Positions 62,350 to 64,000 of a stretch of DNA of 64,000 nt are shown one piece after another. The translations under genes were made by a program, and so were the position numbers. The stretch spans positions 7,653-71,652 of the forward strand of contig JBGCFM010000172.1 of assembly GCA_045106895.1 (NCBI GenBank), written 5' to 3'. The notes under the pieces are model-generated. The model was not told the origin of the DNA, did not search any database, and was given only the letters and a program-made list of their open reading frames with translations. Every line of letters starts with the position of its first letter. Within the stretch, counting starts at the first letter, position 1. Source of the stretch: Polyangiales bacterium (GTDB lineage: Bacteria; Myxococcota_A; Polyangia; Polyangiales; Houyiibacteriaceae).

Positions 62350-64000
62350 TCAGAGGCAACTGATGGATGGGAGGTCCCCATCCGCGGTGAGAGACATCAT
62401 CTCGGCGGCTGGTGCGGTGAGAATCAGGGCACCGGTCCCGAGCACCTTGCGGAGACCGCCGGTCGTTAGAATATGGTTGCCCGGGACCATGGTGGACGTG
62501 TGCAGCGCTCTCTGGGACCGGAGACAGGAGGTGCCGAGGGGAGCCTGCGTCTCGAAGACGTAACCGACGGCGGCGGAACGAGTCTCTAGGTTTCGCCTCA
62601 GCCCGCCGAAGACGACGACGCTGTCCGAGTTGTCGAGGCGCACTGCGGACGCGAAGGCCTGGTTCTGGTTCGACGATGGCTGGAAGACGTCAACGGCGCC
62701 GTCCGAGACGAAGAAGTTGCGACCGGGGGTGCCATCCACAATCGTGCCCGCGGGTTCTGTACAGCGGAAAAGGTCGAGACCGGTGTAGGTTGGAAGCTCG
62801 GGGGTGTCGGCAAGCGCGTCGCACTGGGGGCCAAACCAGCCGCTCACCAGGGCCTTGTCGCCCTCGGCGTTGGTCATCACCTGTGGGCGGAAGAGCGCCA
62901 GCTCCGGATGTGGATCGTCGCTGAGGGCGAAGCCTTCGTCTGTCGCGACCGCCGTCGTGCCGACGGGCGAGCCGCCGTCCCAGACCTCCGCCAAGTCTGC
63001 GTCTTCCGTGGCCTCGGCGCCTCCGTAGATCCACACGGCGTCGTCGAGCACGAAGGCTGAGGGCATCTCTCGCCTCGCCTGAAGCGTGCCGCTCTCACTG
63101 CTGACACCTTCGCCGCCGGGGCGAAGAAGGTCGAAGACCTCGAAGGTAGTGGATGGCGCGCCGTTTCCGGTGCCACCAGCGAGGACTACATGTAGGTCGT
63201 CCGTCGTCGCCGCGGCGTGGAGGAAACGTTCATGATTGAGTGGGCCAGGTTCCGCGGTGTTCGCCGCTGGGCCTTCGAAAAAGCCTCGACCCGGGAAGCC
63301 CAGGCCTTCGGGGTCATCTGAGGGGTTCTCGAGGCCCCGGCTGAAGAACTCGAAGCTCGCGTGAGCCCGAAGAACGCCACCGTCGATGGGCAGAATGCGA
63401 AAGACAGGCTGTTCCCCGTCGCTCACCGCGAGGAGGGCCGTCGAAGCGCCGCCGGCGATGAAGACACGTCCGTCGTTCATGAGCGTCGCTGTATGGCCAC
63501 CGCGGGCCTCTAGCATCCCACCGGCGACGGGAAGGAACTCACCAGTCGGCGTGTCGAAGATATAAGCGTCGCTTGAAGCGGAGGCTTCGTAGCAGCTGTC
63601 TGCCACGATTTCCGTGGGGCAGGTGGTGGACTCAAGAGAGTCGAATCCTCCGCTGATCAACACGCGGCCATCCCCAAGAGCGGTGGAGGTGTGGAGGAAT
63701 CGCGGAGGGAGACTCTCGCCCCGTTCAAGAGGCTCCGTGGCGCCGACCTCGTAGAGGGCGATCTTGAGGACTCGTCGTTCCCCTGCGCTCAAGGTGATGG
63801 AGCCGGTGGAACCGGTATAGCTCGTGGTCCCGTCGACCTGGCCGCAGCCACCGTCGATGGCGGTACGCGCGAGAATACGAATCTCAAACGGCGTTCCGTA
63901 GTCGGGCAGTTCGTCCGATCCAATGATGCTCTCGGCTCGCCCGTTTTCGTCCGTGTCCATGAGACCGTTCACGGTAAGACGCCGGGAGTTGACCTCGCCG
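62350..64000 (-). CDS. Kelch-type beta-propeller repeat protein, 5' end beyond the window
   Basis: Frame stays open to position 64000. Repeated 'H(T/A)..L..DGRV.I.GG' blades ('HTATLMNDGRVFIAGG', 'HTSTALGDGRVLISGG', 'LHAAATTDDLHVVLAGG'). Confidence 0.65.
   Translation of the reverse strand, partial: GEVNSRRLTVNGLMDTDENGRAESIIGSDELPDYGTPFEIRILARTAIDGGCGQVDGTTSYTGSTGSITLSAGERRVLKIALYEVGATEPLERGESLPPRFLHTSTALGDGRVLISGGFDSLESTTCPTEIVADSCYEASASSDAYIFDTPTGEFLPVAGGMLEARGGHTATLMNDGRVFIAGGASTALLAVSDGEQPVFRILPIDGGVLRAHASFEFFSRGLENPSDDPEGLGFPGRGFFEGPAANTAEPGPLNHERFLHAAATTDDLHVVLAGGTGNGAPSTTFEVFDLLRPGGEGVSSESGTLQARREMPSAFVLDDAVWIYGGAEATEDADLAEVWDGGSPVGTTAVATDEGFALSDDPHPELALFRPQVMTNAEGDKALVSGWFGPQCDALADTPELPTYTGLDLFRCTEPAGTIVDGTPGRNFFVSDGAVDVFQPSSNQNQAFASAVRLDNSDSVVVFGGLRRNLETRSAAVGYVFETQAPLGTSCLRSQRALHTSTMVPGNHILTTGGLRKVLGTGALILTAPAAEMMSLTADGDLPSISCL

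Noticed and set aside
1-64000. Looked for CRISPR arrays, tRNA/rRNA genes, IS elements, integrases, prophage genes, toxin-antitoxin pairs and AT-rich islands.
   Set aside because: None found. Intergenic regions are short (mostly under 190 nt). There are no spaced direct-repeat arrays, no cloverleaf-like sequences in the gaps and no recombinase motifs in any ORF.

Overview
GC-rich, gene-dense chromosomal segment with about 47 supportable protein-coding genes on both strands, many joined by 4-nt stop/start overlaps. I found no rRNA, tRNA, CRISPR array, transposase or integrase. The gene content suggests a Myxococcota-type, possibly marine, genome: two sigma-54 enhancer-binding proteins, FHA/PP2C phospho-Thr signalling parts, Cys-rich repeat lipoproteins, a bacterial dynamin, a multi-thousand-residue TPR protein and very acidic secreted proteins. 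That taxonomic guess is inference only. Housekeeping blocks are HMG-CoA lyase (5' truncated), an E1alpha-lpdA-lipB operon, fadA plus a fused 3-hydroxyacyl-CoA dehydrogenase/enoyl-CoA hydratase, trmL, mtnA, an M19 dipeptidase, an aryl-CoA ligase with a creatininase-family gene, and a GntR-controlled GMC oxidoreductase operon. Three things stand out. (i) A single 3,757-aa acidic TPR solenoid gene (1559-12832) is translationally coupled to a fold-type-IV PLP enzyme-like gene. (ii) A minus-strand cluster (40.9-48.2 kb) encodes a hybrid histidine kinase, an FHA-type sigma-54 activator, a 1,272-aa STAND-NTPase+TPR+sigma-54 activator fusion and a coupled acidic lipoprotein, and lies divergent from a Stig1-like Cys-rich secreted protein. 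(iii) A co-directional run (53.5-60.9 kb) encodes an FHA-Zn-ribbon-TM-transglutaminase protein, a chaperone-like protein, a stand-alone asparaginase N-domain, a soluble M48 protease coupled to a dynamin-like GTPase, a PP2C-cNMP fusion and a FecR-like lipoprotein. None of these matches a described system from sequence alone, and all functional ideas are hypotheses. All calls rest on motif reading of the supplied ORF translations and inspection of intergenic DNA; no searches were run.
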